DNA of 64,000 bases from Candidatus Kaiserbacteria bacterium CG10_big_fil_rev_8_21_14_0_10_59_10 (GTDB taxonomy: Bacteria > Patescibacteriota > Minisyncoccia > Phycocordibacterales > UBA2100). Numbering within the stretch: position 1 is the first letter of the stretch; the number at the start of each line of letters is the position of its first letter. The DNA lies in contig PFBM01000021.1 in assembly GCA_002773285.1 (NCBI GenBank), positions 14,312 through 78,311 of the forward strand. The letters are read 5' to 3'. The translations under genes and the position numbers were made by a program. The notes below the pieces were generated by a model. The model had not been told where the DNA came from. It made no database searches and saw only the letters and a program-made list of their open reading frames with translations. This document shows positions 1 through 8,989 of the stretch, piece after piece.

Positions 1-5
1 TATAT

Positions 6-1067
6 ATGAAATGTATCGTGCGGTATACTAACGCCATGGAGGACTACATGAAAAAAGCATACATGAGCGATTCGATTTTCTGGGTCGAGGTTGACCGCAT
101 AACGCCAAACCCGTTTCAGCCGCGCAAGACGTTCGACGAGGCCGCGCTGGATTCACTGGCGGAATCCATTAGGCAATACGGCGTCTTGAATCCGCTTACC
201 GTCACAAAGCGCGAAGTCGAGCGTCCGGGCGAGGGTATCTTTGTCGAGTATGAGCTCATCGCCGGCGAGCGGCGCTTGCGGGCGGCAAAAAAGGCGGGCG
301 TCCAGCAGGTGCCGGTCGTTATCCGACGCCCGGAAGATTCGGATCGGCTCAAACTGGAGCTCGCGATTATCGAGAATTTGCAGCGCGAGGACTTGAATCC
401 CATCGACCGCGCTAGGGCATTCAAGCAACTCGTCGACGCCTTCGGCATGAAGCATGTTGAAATAGGCAAGCGCATCGGCAAGAGCCGCGAGTATGTCTCC
501 AACTCCCTGAGGATACTCATGCTGCCGCAGGATATGCTCGATGCGCTCGCCGAGGGGAAGATAAACGAGGGACATACGCGGCCGCTTTTGATGCTAATCG
601 ACAAACCGGAAGAACAAAAGACGCTGTTTCAGGAAATACTTACGCGCAAACTCTCAGTACGGGACGCAGAGCAGCTCTCGAGGCGCGTTGCATTCGAGAA
701 GGCGAGAAAGCACACCTTGACGCCGGACCTTCTTGTCCTTGAGCGGCAGCTCACCGAGCAGCTCGGCACGCGCGTGCGCATTGAAAAGAAAGACGAGGGG
801 GGAAAAGTGCTTATAGACTTTTTTTCGCCCGAGGACCTTGCGCACCTGTGCATGGTCTTGGCGCATACGCGGGAGGGCTCATCGAATGCTTCATCGCGCC
901 CGCCGCAGCAGCAGGGAGATATGGAAGCGGGAAATGATCCCGCTCGCAGCGAGGCGCCGCGCCCGGGGGAGAGCGCGGCGCCCGAGCTAGCCGAGCGCGC
1001 CGCCGCGCCTGTAGAAGCTGATTCACCAGAGGAAGACCTGTATTCCGCCCGAAATTTCACCGTATAG
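6..1067 (+). CDS. parB: Chromosome partitioning protein ParB/Spo0J (low-complexity Pro/Ala/Glu-rich C-terminal tail). Start uncertain: possible ATGs at 6, 36 and 63; the upstream region is off-window.
   Basis: ORF track 353 aa. ParB-box region ITPNPFQPRK near the N-terminus; ELIAGERRLRAAKKAGVQQVPVVIR is a typical ParB HTH/arginine-finger segment. Confidence 0.85.
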   Translation: MKCIVRYTNAMEDYMKKAYMSDSIFWVEVDRITPNPFQPRKTFDEAALDSLAESIRQYGVLNPLTVTKREVERPGEGIFVEYELIAGERRLRAAKKAGVQQVPVVIRRPEDSDRLKLELAIIENLQREDLNPIDRARAFKQLVDAFGMKHVEIGKRIGKSREYVSNSLRILMLPQDMLDALAEGKINEGHTRPLLMLIDKPEEQKTLFQEILTRKLSVRDAEQLSRRVAFEKARKHTLTPDLLVLERQLTEQLGTRVRIEKKDEGGKVLIDFFSPEDLAHLCMVLAHTREGSSNASSRPPQQQGDMEAGNDPARSEAPRPGESAAPELAERAAAPVEADSPEEDLYSARNFTV

Positions 1068-2633
1068 TCAGAACTTTTTCTGCGTCTTGCGTACACCGGC
1101 ATCCTCCTGTTTCCGGGCGGAAAGGGCGGCGCGTATCATTTTTTTGGCAAGCGTTGTCTTTGCGACGTCGTGCCACTTGCGGGAGGGTTTTGCAGAAGCT
1201 TTCGTTATAATTTCTACCATGTCGCCGTTGTGAAGAGGCGTTTCCAATGACACCATTTTGCCGTTTACGCGCGCGCCCGCCATTTTATTGGCGATCTCTG
1301 TGTGGATTGCATATGCAAAATCGATAGGCGTCGCGGCGAGCGGCAAGTCGATGACGTCGCCTTTTGGCGTGAAGACGAACACGCGGTGGCTGAAAAAATC
1401 GGTGCGCAAGTTTTCCAGATACTCTTCAGATTCTTCCGTGTCGGTATCCGCGCTCGCCAGTTCTTTGACCCACTCCGGAACGGTGCGCGAGGCACGCGGC
1501 TTGACATGTGCCGATACTTCGCGCTGCGCGGAACCACCGCCGGGCAGGAATTGGCGGATCCAATCGAGTCCGCCACCGCGTTTCTTTCGCCCCTGTACTT
1601 CTTTGTAGGTGAGGTGCGAGGCGATGCCGTAGAGAGATTCGCGATGCATCGCTTCCGTGCGTATCTGTATTTCAAGGGCGCCGCCGTCACCCGTGTAGAC
1701 GGTCGTGTGTATGGATTGGTAGCCGTTGGGCTTCGGGAATGCGATGTAATCCTTTATTTTTCCGGGCACCGGCCGCCATTGCTTATGCACCAGCCCCAGC
1801 ACCGCATAGCAATCGGCGAGTGTAGGGACGATGATTCGAAGCGCCATGATGTCGTGAATGGCGGTAATGTCCCACTGCTTGCGCTGCAGTTTGCGAAAGG
1901 TGCTATAGGTGCCCTTGACGCGGGCCTCAGTTCTAAACTCACGCATCTGCGCCTCGGCAAGAACGCGCTTCAGGTCCTTCTCGGCTTTTTCAAGGCGCCT
2001 CTCATTCTCACGCTTGCGCTCCTTCAGAAGTTCCTTTGTGCGCTCGAACTCCTTTGGATAGGCGTAGGGAAATGACGCATCCTCGAGCGCCGTTTTGACA
2101 ACACTCATGCCGAGCCGATCCGCGATAGGTGCGTAAATCTCCAGCGTTTCGTGCGCGATTCTCGCGCGCTTATCCGCGGGCACGAACTCCAGCGTCTTCG
2201 CATTGTGCAGGCGATCAGTAAGTTTGATAATGAGTACGCGAATATCCTGAGCCGTTGCTGCGAAGAGGCGCCGGAGGGATTCCGTGTGCCGTTCAAGTCC
2301 GCGATAGCGCAGTGCGCCGAGTTTTGTCACGCCGCGCACGAGAGAGAGCACTTCACGGTCGAACTGCGCCTCTAGTATCGCCGAGGCGACGCCTGCATCC
2401 TCCAGGCAATCGTGCAGGAGCCCCGCGGCAATGGTGTGTGCATCCATTCCCATATGCGCGAGGCGGTAGCCGACCTCGGCAGGGTGCACGAAATAGGGAG
2501 CGCCGGAATAGCGCGTCTGTGTCGCATGCGCATTTTGTGCGAACTCGTATGCGCGCGATACGAGCTCACGCGAGGCGGCGTCTTTTGGATCCAATGCAGA
2601 GATAATTTCTTCACACGTGCGGATGTGCTCCAT
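1068..2633 (-). CDS. rel: Bifunctional (p)ppGpp synthetase/hydrolase, short RelA/SpoT homolog: HD hydrolase + synthetase + TGS, no ACT domain. Convergent with parB; the stop codons abut.
   Basis: N-terminal HD motif (FVHPAEVGYRLAHMGMDAHTIAAGLLHDCLED). RelA/SpoT synthetase core (DIMALRIIV...YQSIHTTV). C-terminal TGS (FTPKGDVIDLP...GDMVEIIT). Only 521 aa against about 700-750 typical. Confidence 0.8.
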   Translation of the reverse strand: MEHIRTCEEIISALDPKDAASRELVSRAYEFAQNAHATQTRYSGAPYFVHPAEVGYRLAHMGMDAHTIAAGLLHDCLEDAGVASAILEAQFDREVLSLVRGVTKLGALRYRGLERHTESLRRLFAATAQDIRVLIIKLTDRLHNAKTLEFVPADKRARIAHETLEIYAPIADRLGMSVVKTALEDASFPYAYPKEFERTKELLKERKRENERRLEKAEKDLKRVLAEAQMREFRTEARVKGTYSTFRKLQRKQWDITAIHDIMALRIIVPTLADCYAVLGLVHKQWRPVPGKIKDYIAFPKPNGYQSIHTTVYTGDGGALEIQIRTEAMHRESLYGIASHLTYKEVQGRKKRGGGLDWIRQFLPGGGSAQREVSAHVKPRASRTVPEWVKELASADTDTEESEEYLENLRTDFFSHRVFVFTPKGDVIDLPLAATPIDFAYAIHTEIANKMAGARVNGKMVSLETPLHNGDMVEIITKASAKPSRKWHDVAKTTLAKKMIRAALSARKQEDAGVRKTQKKF

Positions 2634-2720
2634 AGAATTGACGAGTCACTAAAAGTATATGATACTAAAAAAAGGACGGTACGCAATGTCGCGTGCTGAT
2701 CTAGAGGCCCGGGAGGAAAA

Positions 2721-2981
2721 ATGAAAAAGATGTTTTCAATGCTCACTCCGCCTGCGATAGCGCTGATGCCGCTGCGGTGGTTTGCATGCGCAAGCTGCTA
2801 CTATCGCAGCAAGCAATGCGTGCCGACGCGCTGCCCGAATTGCGGCAGGGCGGAGCTGTCGGCCGAGGATGAGTACGCGGTCCAGGAGGGAGGACAGTTG
2901 GCACGGCGCCGCGGCGCCGTGCCTATTTCTTATGCGGATTGTGATTCGCGCAGGACTTGTCGCTGCAGCGCTCGGGGATAG
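2721..2981 (+). CDS. Small CxxC...CPNC zinc-ribbon-like protein (hypothetical). Its 3' end overlaps the topA 3' end on the opposite strand.
   Basis: Strong SD (GGGAGG) about 7 nt upstream of the ATG at 2721. Cys pairs CASC...CPNCG. Overlap with topA and low-complexity C-terminus lower the confidence. Confidence 0.3.
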   Translation: MKKMFSMLTPPAIALMPLRWFACASCYYRSKQCVPTRCPNCGRAELSAEDEYAVQEGGQLARRRGAVPISYADCDSRRTCRCSARG

Positions 2982-5076
2982 TCTTGGTGCCCTCCATCAT
3001 GAGTTTGCCGCAGTCCTTGCATATATTGCCAGTCGGACGTGCTTTCATCGTGAATTTGCATTCAGGATAATTTGAGCAGGCGAAAAAAGGCCCGAAGCGC
3101 CCGCGCTTCTCCACAAGCTGCCCCTTGCCGCATGACAGGCATGCCACGCCTGTGGAGTTTTGCGAATTTTCGTCCCGGCGCACGTATTTGCACTTCGGGT
3201 AGTTGCTGCATGCCACAAAACGCCCGAAGCGCCCTTCCCGCTCGATGAGCTTTCCGTCCTTGCACTCGGGGCACGGCTCGCCGAGGTCTTTCGGCGGTTC
3301 GATGATGCTGCCGTCCTCCTTGCGAGCGCCAAGGCATGTTGGAAAATTGGAGCAGCTCATAAAGCGCCCCGAGCGCGAGAGTTTGTATACCATTGGCGCG
3401 CCGCAAAGCGGACAGGGAAATTCCTCAGGTGCGTCGCCCATGTTGGTCAATTTCTCGATCTTCTCCTTGCCCTTAACCGCCTTTGCAAACGGTGCGTAGA
3501 ACGCGTGCAGCGTCTTTTCGTATTCGCGCGTGCCGGAAGCGATGTCGTCCAGCTCATTCTCCATTTCGGCCGTAAAGGTATCGCTTATATAGTCCGCGAA
3601 GTGATCTTCTATGAATGAGCTGACGACATCTCCCGTGTGCGTTGGAATAAGCGTGCGCCCCTGCTTTTCGACATACCCGCGGTCTTCAAGCGTTTTAATA
3701 ATGGAAGCGTACGTGGACGGCCGGCCGATGCCGCGCTTCTCAAGCTCTTTCACCAGCCCCGCCTCGCTGTAGCGCGAGGGCGGCTGGGTCGCCTTCTCTT
3801 CCGAGCGCGCTTCGACGAGCGTGAGCTCCTCCTCTGGGTTCGCTTTTGGCAGCTCCACGTCCTCACCGCGCGCCGCCGGGTCGGCCTTTAGCCAGCCCTC
3901 GAAAACGACGCGCGAGCCGGTGGCTGAAAAGTCGGGGATCGGCGAGCCCTCAGTGTTTGCGACTATCTTCGTGCGCAGAATCTTCGCATCTGCCATCTGG
4001 CTAGCGAGCGAACGCGCGCGTATAAGCGCGTACAATTTCTTTTGCTCATCGGTTGAGCCGAGGGAGCGCTTTGACGCGTCGGTGGGGCGGACTGCCTCGT
4101 GCGCTTCCTGCACGCTTTTTGAGCGGGACTTGTACTGGCGCGTAGAGAGCATCTCCGCGCCATACTCGCTCGACACGACGCGCGCAAGCTGCGTGAGCGC
4201 CTCACGCGAGAGAGTGGGGGAGTCGGTGCGCATGTAGGTGATGTGCCCCGCTTCGTACAATTTTTGCGCGATGCGCATCGTGCGCGACGGAGAGTAGCCG
4301 AGTCGCGTCGAGGCGGTCTGCTGGAGCGTTGAAGTGGTGAACGGCGCGCGAGGACTGCGGGATTGCTCCGACTCGTCAACGGAAACGACGCGCCACTGCC
4401 CCGCGCGCGCCTCTGCGACGATGCGCTCAGCTTCTTCGGCGCTTTTAGGCTCCTCCACGCACGTGGCGACAAAGCGTTCCTTCCTTGATGTTTCCAGCTC
4501 CGCTTCAAGCACCCAAAACGCCTCGGGCACGAATGCGCGTATCTCGCGCTCGCGCTCCATGAGTATGCGAAGCGCGGGAGATTGGACGCGGCCTGCCGAG
4601 AGGCCGTAACGGACTTTCTTCCATATGAGGCCTGAGAGGTCGTAGCCGAACAGGCGATCCAGCACGCGCCGTGCCTCCTGCGCTTTTACGAGCTGCATGT
4701 CGACGGCGCGCGGGTGCTGCAACGCTTCCTGGACCGCGCGTTCGGTTATTTCGTTGAACACGATGCGCTTCGGCTTGTTCAGTCCGATAGTGTCGGAGAC
4801 GTGCCACGCGATTGCTTCGCCCTCACGATCGGGGTCGGTGGCGAGGATGACTTCATCCGCCTTTTTTGCGGCGCGCTCCAAATCATGAATAACCCGCTCT
4901 TTCTCGGGCACGACCCGATAGCGCGGCACGAAACCGCCTTCGATATCGACCGCATCCTTGTTAGATTTCGGCAGGTCGCGAATGTGGCCCACGGATGCGC
5001 GCACCTCGTATCCTTTGCCGAGGTACTTCTCAATCGTCTTGGCCTTGGCCGGCGACTCTACTATTACAAGCTTCAT
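2923..5076 (-). CDS. topA: DNA topoisomerase I with C-terminal zinc-ribbon repeats
   Basis: MKLVIVESPAKAKTIEKYLGKGYEVRASVGHIRDLP Toprim start (internal Met 16 of the ORF-track ORF 2923..5121). Multiple C-terminal CxxC...CxxC zinc fingers. Confidence 0.9.
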   Translation of the reverse strand: MKLVIVESPAKAKTIEKYLGKGYEVRASVGHIRDLPKSNKDAVDIEGGFVPRYRVVPEKERVIHDLERAAKKADEVILATDPDREGEAIAWHVSDTIGLNKPKRIVFNEITERAVQEALQHPRAVDMQLVKAQEARRVLDRLFGYDLSGLIWKKVRYGLSAGRVQSPALRILMEREREIRAFVPEAFWVLEAELETSRKERFVATCVEEPKSAEEAERIVAEARAGQWRVVSVDESEQSRSPRAPFTTSTLQQTASTRLGYSPSRTMRIAQKLYEAGHITYMRTDSPTLSREALTQLARVVSSEYGAEMLSTRQYKSRSKSVQEAHEAVRPTDASKRSLGSTDEQKKLYALIRARSLASQMADAKILRTKIVANTEGSPIPDFSATGSRVVFEGWLKADPAARGEDVELPKANPEEELTLVEARSEEKATQPPSRYSEAGLVKELEKRGIGRPSTYASIIKTLEDRGYVEKQGRTLIPTHTGDVVSSFIEDHFADYISDTFTAEMENELDDIASGTREYEKTLHAFYAPFAKAVKGKEKIEKLTNMGDAPEEFPCPLCGAPMVYKLSRSGRFMSCSNFPTCLGARKEDGSIIEPPKDLGEPCPECKDGKLIEREGRFGRFVACSNYPKCKYVRRDENSQNSTGVACLSCGKGQLVEKRGRFGPFFACSNYPECKFTMKARPTGNICKDCGKLMMEGTKTIPERCSDKSCANHNPHKK

Positions 5077-5170
5077 ATTGCGTGATGTGCGCGGCGCGCA
5101 GGCCGTAGGATTACCACACAACTATATATCATGCAAAGCGCGGCACATGTTCACCGCGGTGCGTTGCGCG

Positions 5171-6025
5171 TTACCGAACGCGGACAAGACCGAGCTCTTC
5201 GGTGATAATACCCTTGATTTCCATCGTGCTGAGGAGCACGTTTGCCTCCGAGATAGGCATCGCGAGCGCGGAAATAAGTTCATCCCGCGTGCGCGGCTCG
5301 GAGAGCGCGGCGAGGACTCGGCGCTCTTCATTGCTAAGATCGCTATCGTCCCGCGCAGCAGCCGTGCGTTCAATGCCGAGTGCGCGCAGCACGTCCTCCG
5401 GCTCGGTCACGGGTGTCGCGCCGAGCTTGAGGAATTGATGCGTGCCGCGGCTTTCTGCGCTAAAGATGGAGCCGGGTACTACGAGAAGGTCGCGGTTATA
5501 TTCCGTCGCGAGCCGCGCAGTTATCAAGGAGCCGGAGCGCTCTTTTGCCTCAATGACGAGGGTTGCCCGGCACATGCCAGCCATAATGCGGTTGCGCTGC
5601 GGGAACGTGTAGTCCGCCGCCCTTTGGCTCGGCTCGAATTCCGAGAGGAGCGCGCCGCCCGCTTTAAGTATGTCCCGCGCGAGCGGAACGTTCGCCTTCG
5701 GGTATAGGACATCCCAGTCGAGTCCGGAGCCGGGAACGGCGACCGTAGGCAACCCAGCCGCGATAGCGGCTTTGTGGGCACACGCGTCCACGCCGTAGGC
5801 GAGTCCGCTGACAATTACCACGGGGGCGCCGCGCATTCCCTCTATAAGATGAGCGCAGGCCTGCCTGCCGTATTGCGTCATGGTGCGAGAGCCGACGACC
5901 GCGAGCCACGCGTTCTCGAAGCCGGGCAAAGAGCCGCGTACATATAACTTCGCCGGCATGTCCGGTATCTCACGCAGCGGTGGCGGGAAGGCCGCTGGGG
6001 AGAGCTTTGTCAGCTCAGCGTTCAT
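5171..6025 (-). CDS. dprA: DNA processing protein DprA/Smf. Start at Met29 of the track ORF; the GTG at 6109 is an alternative.
   Basis: Rossmann-like DprA core VVIVSGLAYGVDACAHKAAIAAGLPTVAVPGSGLD and a C-terminal winged-helix-like tail. Confidence 0.8.
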   Translation of the reverse strand: MNAELTKLSPAAFPPPLREIPDMPAKLYVRGSLPGFENAWLAVVGSRTMTQYGRQACAHLIEGMRGAPVVIVSGLAYGVDACAHKAAIAAGLPTVAVPGSGLDWDVLYPKANVPLARDILKAGGALLSEFEPSQRAADYTFPQRNRIMAGMCRATLVIEAKERSGSLITARLATEYNRDLLVVPGSIFSAESRGTHQFLKLGATPVTEPEDVLRALGIERTAAARDDSDLSNEERRVLAALSEPRTRDELISALAMPISEANVLLSTMEIKGIITEELGLVRVR

Positions 6026-6126
6026 AATGGTATTATCATAGCAAGCCGGTGGCTTGTAGCCGGTAGCCGATTGCACTGAAGCGTATTCATGCACGGCTGC
6101 GAGCTGCACGCTGCACGCTGCACGCT

Positions 6127-7404
6127 ATGTTGGACATAAAGTTTATTCGAGAGAACAAGGACATCGTCGCGGCAGGCGCGCGAAAAAAGCATATCGCGGT
6201 CGACTTAAACAAGCTGCTTGAGCTGGACGACGAGCGCCGCGCTCTGCAGCAATCCGTCGACGCGAAACGGGCGGAGCAGAATGCGGCATCTGAGAAAATT
6301 GCCGCCGCGGGAGAGAGCGAGCGAGCCGATTTGATCGCCACGGTGCAGCAACTGAAGGACGCACTTAAAGCGGAGGAAGAGAAGCTGACAGCCGTGATGA
6401 AGGCCTGGCGCGAGCTGATGGTGCAGGTGCCGAACGTCCCGGATGTGTCGGTACCGGACGGTGACTCGGACGCGGACAACAAGGAGATCCGCACGTGGGG
6501 CGAGAAGACCTCATTTCCGTTCACGCCGAAGAGCCATTTTGAACTGATGCAGCTGCATGACATGGCGGATTTCGAGCGCGGCGCGAAAGTCGCCGGTTTC
6601 CGCGGGTACTTTCTAAAAAATGACGGCGCACGGCTCGCATGGGCGCTCGAGCGCTTCGTACAGGAGCGTTTTATGTCCCGCGAGGGCTTCACGCCCATGG
6701 TCGTTCCTTCTCTCGTGCGCAAGGAGCCCTTCATCGGGACCGGCTACTTGCCGCAAAGCGAGGACGACTTGTACAGGACGCAGGACGGTGAATATCTTGC
6801 CGGCACCGCGGAGGTCGCGGGTATGGGGTACTACATGGACGAGGTACTTGATAAGAAAGAGCTGCCCATCAAGTTTTTCGCATTCTCGCCCTGCTTTCGC
6901 CGCGAGGCGGGGAGCCACGGGAAAGACACCAAGGGCCTGTTCCGCATTCACGAGTTCGTGAAGTACGAACAGATTGTCCTGTGCGAGGCGAGCCATGAAG
7001 AATCGGTCAGGCATCATGAAGAGATCACTGCCAATTCCGAGGCCCTGCTGCAGGAGCTCGGCTTGCCGTATCGCGTCGTGCTTAATTGCGGCGGCGATAT
7101 CGGGCTGGGACAGGTCAAAAAGTACGACATCGAAGCATGGATGCCGAGCGAGGAGCGCTATCGCGAGACGCATTCATCATCCTACTTCCATGACTTCCAG
7201 ACGAGGCGCCTGAACATACGCTACCGCGATGAAGACGGTACGCTGCGGTTCGCGCATTCGCTGAACAACACCGCGCTTGCGATGCCGCGCATACTCTGCC
7301 ACATAGTAGAAAACGGACAGCGCGAGGACGGCAGCATTTCCGTTCCCGAGGCGCTGCGGGGGTACATGGGCCGCGATGTCATCCAGAATACTAAAACTCC
7401 GTAA
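6127..7404 (+). CDS. serS: Seryl-tRNA synthetase
   Basis: N-terminal coiled-coil (MLDIKFIRENKD...). Class II aaRS motifs (FRREAGSHGKDTKGLFRIHEF; tRNA-binding arm). Confidence 0.9.
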   Translation: MLDIKFIRENKDIVAAGARKKHIAVDLNKLLELDDERRALQQSVDAKRAEQNAASEKIAAAGESERADLIATVQQLKDALKAEEEKLTAVMKAWRELMVQVPNVPDVSVPDGDSDADNKEIRTWGEKTSFPFTPKSHFELMQLHDMADFERGAKVAGFRGYFLKNDGARLAWALERFVQERFMSREGFTPMVVPSLVRKEPFIGTGYLPQSEDDLYRTQDGEYLAGTAEVAGMGYYMDEVLDKKELPIKFFAFSPCFRREAGSHGKDTKGLFRIHEFVKYEQIVLCEASHEESVRHHEEITANSEALLQELGLPYRVVLNCGGDIGLGQVKKYDIEAWMPSEERYRETHSSSYFHDFQTRRLNIRYRDEDGTLRFAHSLNNTALAMPRILCHIVENGQREDGSISVPEALRGYMGRDVIQNTKTP

Positions 7405-8245
7405 ACCGGCCGTTCGAAGCAAGCATGATTCGAACCGAGGCGTTGCGCTGTCGCGGCGGCGTATGCCGCGCCTTGCGGCGAGGAGACGGGCGCGCAATGC
7501 GCTCACTGCCGCGCTCGCGGTTGTTTGTCTCCTCTTGCTCGGGGGCGGCGGTGCCGCGCTCACGCACATGGAGCGGCTGACGATCGCCGACATACAAGTA
7601 CGCGGCGCATCACAGCTTGCACACGCGGCACTCGCCTCGCGCGCTGACGCGGAACTTAACAAGGAGGGATTCCATCTTCTCTCGCGCAAAAACATTTTTT
7701 TGTATCCGCGAAGCGAGCTTGAGTCTTCTTTGCGCGCCACGTTCCCCAGGATACGGACAGTGTCGGTCGCACGCGACGGCCTCCTTTCCCGCACGCTTGT
7801 CGTCTCCGTCGAAGAACGCGAGCCGTTCGCGCTTTGGTGCGGCCGCGAGTGCTATGTGATGGATAGGGTGGGGTATGTGTTTGCTGAGGCGGACGGCGCC
7901 GGCACACGCATGGCCACGCTGGTATTTGAGGGCGGTATCGATGAAGATAACGGTCCGGTCGTAGGCAGCGTATTATTGCCTGGCGCGTTCGAGGACGTGC
8001 GTGCGATGGTCGCGGCGCTCGCTCCGTCGGGCTGCAAGGGAGAGAAAATCGTCGTGCTAGACGATATTGATTATATGGTCGAATGCGCGGAGGGGTTTGA
8101 TGTGAAGGTGTCCTTCGTATCCGACATAGAACAAACGGCGCGCAATCTTGCACTATCGCTCTCATCGGATGCGCTCGCTGCGAGCGTGGAGCGCTTGGAA
8201 TATATAGACCTCCGGTTCGGAAATAGGGTGTACTACAAAAGGTAG
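7376..8245 (+). CDS. ftsQ: Cell division protein FtsQ/DivIB (N-terminal TM + POTRA). Overlaps the serS 3' end by about 29 nt in another frame.
   Basis: Basic N-terminus, TM helix LTAALAVVCLLLLGGGGAAL, then a POTRA-like segment (IFLYPRSELESSLRATFPRIRTVSVARDGLLSRTLVVSVEEREPFALW). Confidence 0.7.
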   Translation: MSSRILKLRKPAVRSKHDSNRGVALSRRRMPRLAARRRARNALTAALAVVCLLLLGGGGAALTHMERLTIADIQVRGASQLAHAALASRADAELNKEGFHLLSRKNIFLYPRSELESSLRATFPRIRTVSVARDGLLSRTLVVSVEEREPFALWCGRECYVMDRVGYVFAEADGAGTRMATLVFEGGIDEDNGPVVGSVLLPGAFEDVRAMVAALAPSGCKGEKIVVLDDIDYMVECAEGFDVKVSFVSDIEQTARNLALSLSSDALAASVERLEYIDLRFGNRVYYKR

Positions 8246-8330
8246 CGGGAACCTTGTAGCGCTGATTTCCCAAAAAACAGGCCGCGACACGAATACCGCG
8301 GCCAGTTGTGAGCCGTATAAGGCGGGTTTG

Positions 8331-8762
8331 TTATTCGAGCGCGATGGCGAGACCCGGGAATGTCTTGCAAAGGAACGCCGCATCGGCAGCATTCCCCTTG
8401 CGGATGAGAAGCGTCGCGAGCCGCACTCTTGTTTCGCGCGACACCTTGCCCCCCACGGTGAATACAAGCATCAGCTTGATGTCCAGCCGCTGCTCCGCCT
8501 TCAGGAGCCGCGGTAGCTGCTTGGGGCCTCTTCCGCGCTCCAACGACCGCAGGCGCCGAAGGACCATGGCTTCTGTGTCGGCCCGGTCGCCGCTGTGCAC
8601 GAGCTGCGCAAGCAAATTCCGCGTAGTGTTCGCGTACTTGCCGTTGCCGAGCTTCTTGACCTGGCGGCGGAGCTCGTCCTGCGCCTGTTCTATGGGCGTA
8701 ATGGTCCCTGTCGGCCTAAAAGCAGTCGTGTTGCGGCGAGCGATGGCCTCCTCGTTTCGCAT
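8331..8762 (-). CDS. Hypothetical protein (143 aa), divergent from dus
   Basis: ORF-track ORF with a GGAGG-like SD upstream of the start. No family recognised by eye. Confidence 0.4.
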   Translation of the reverse strand: MRNEEAIARRNTTAFRPTGTITPIEQAQDELRRQVKKLGNGKYANTTRNLLAQLVHSGDRADTEAMVLRRLRSLERGRGPKQLPRLLKAEQRLDIKLMLVFTVGGKVSRETRVRLATLLIRKGNAADAAFLCKTFPGLAIALE

Positions 8763-8989
8763 TCTTCCCTCCGTCTTTAAATCACCATCACCATGATGGT
8801 GCTGTATGGTGTTCTACGCCTATTGTCTAGGGAAGTCAACACACAACACATGCGCCTACGCTATGTGCTAATTCGCGCGAATAAGCACATAGCGCTCGCA
8901 GCTCTGCGGGGCGTGCGGCCGGCAGCAGAAGGATGAGGAAGCGTGGCGAGAGTTCGCGGCGATGAGGGTACGTGTGATACTGTGCGGCT

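Noticed and set aside
116-604. Minus-strand ORFs (162 and 140 aa) antisense to parB
   Set aside because: Fully embedded in the well-supported parB frame. Ser/Arg-rich low-complexity translation typical of high-GC antisense frames.
1302-2075. Plus-strand 257-aa ORF antisense to rel
   Set aside because: Overlaps the conserved RelA/SpoT domains. No recognisable motifs.
7656-8273. 205-aa minus-strand ORF opposite ftsQ
   Set aside because: Pro/Arg-rich low complexity. ftsQ has TM + POTRA features.
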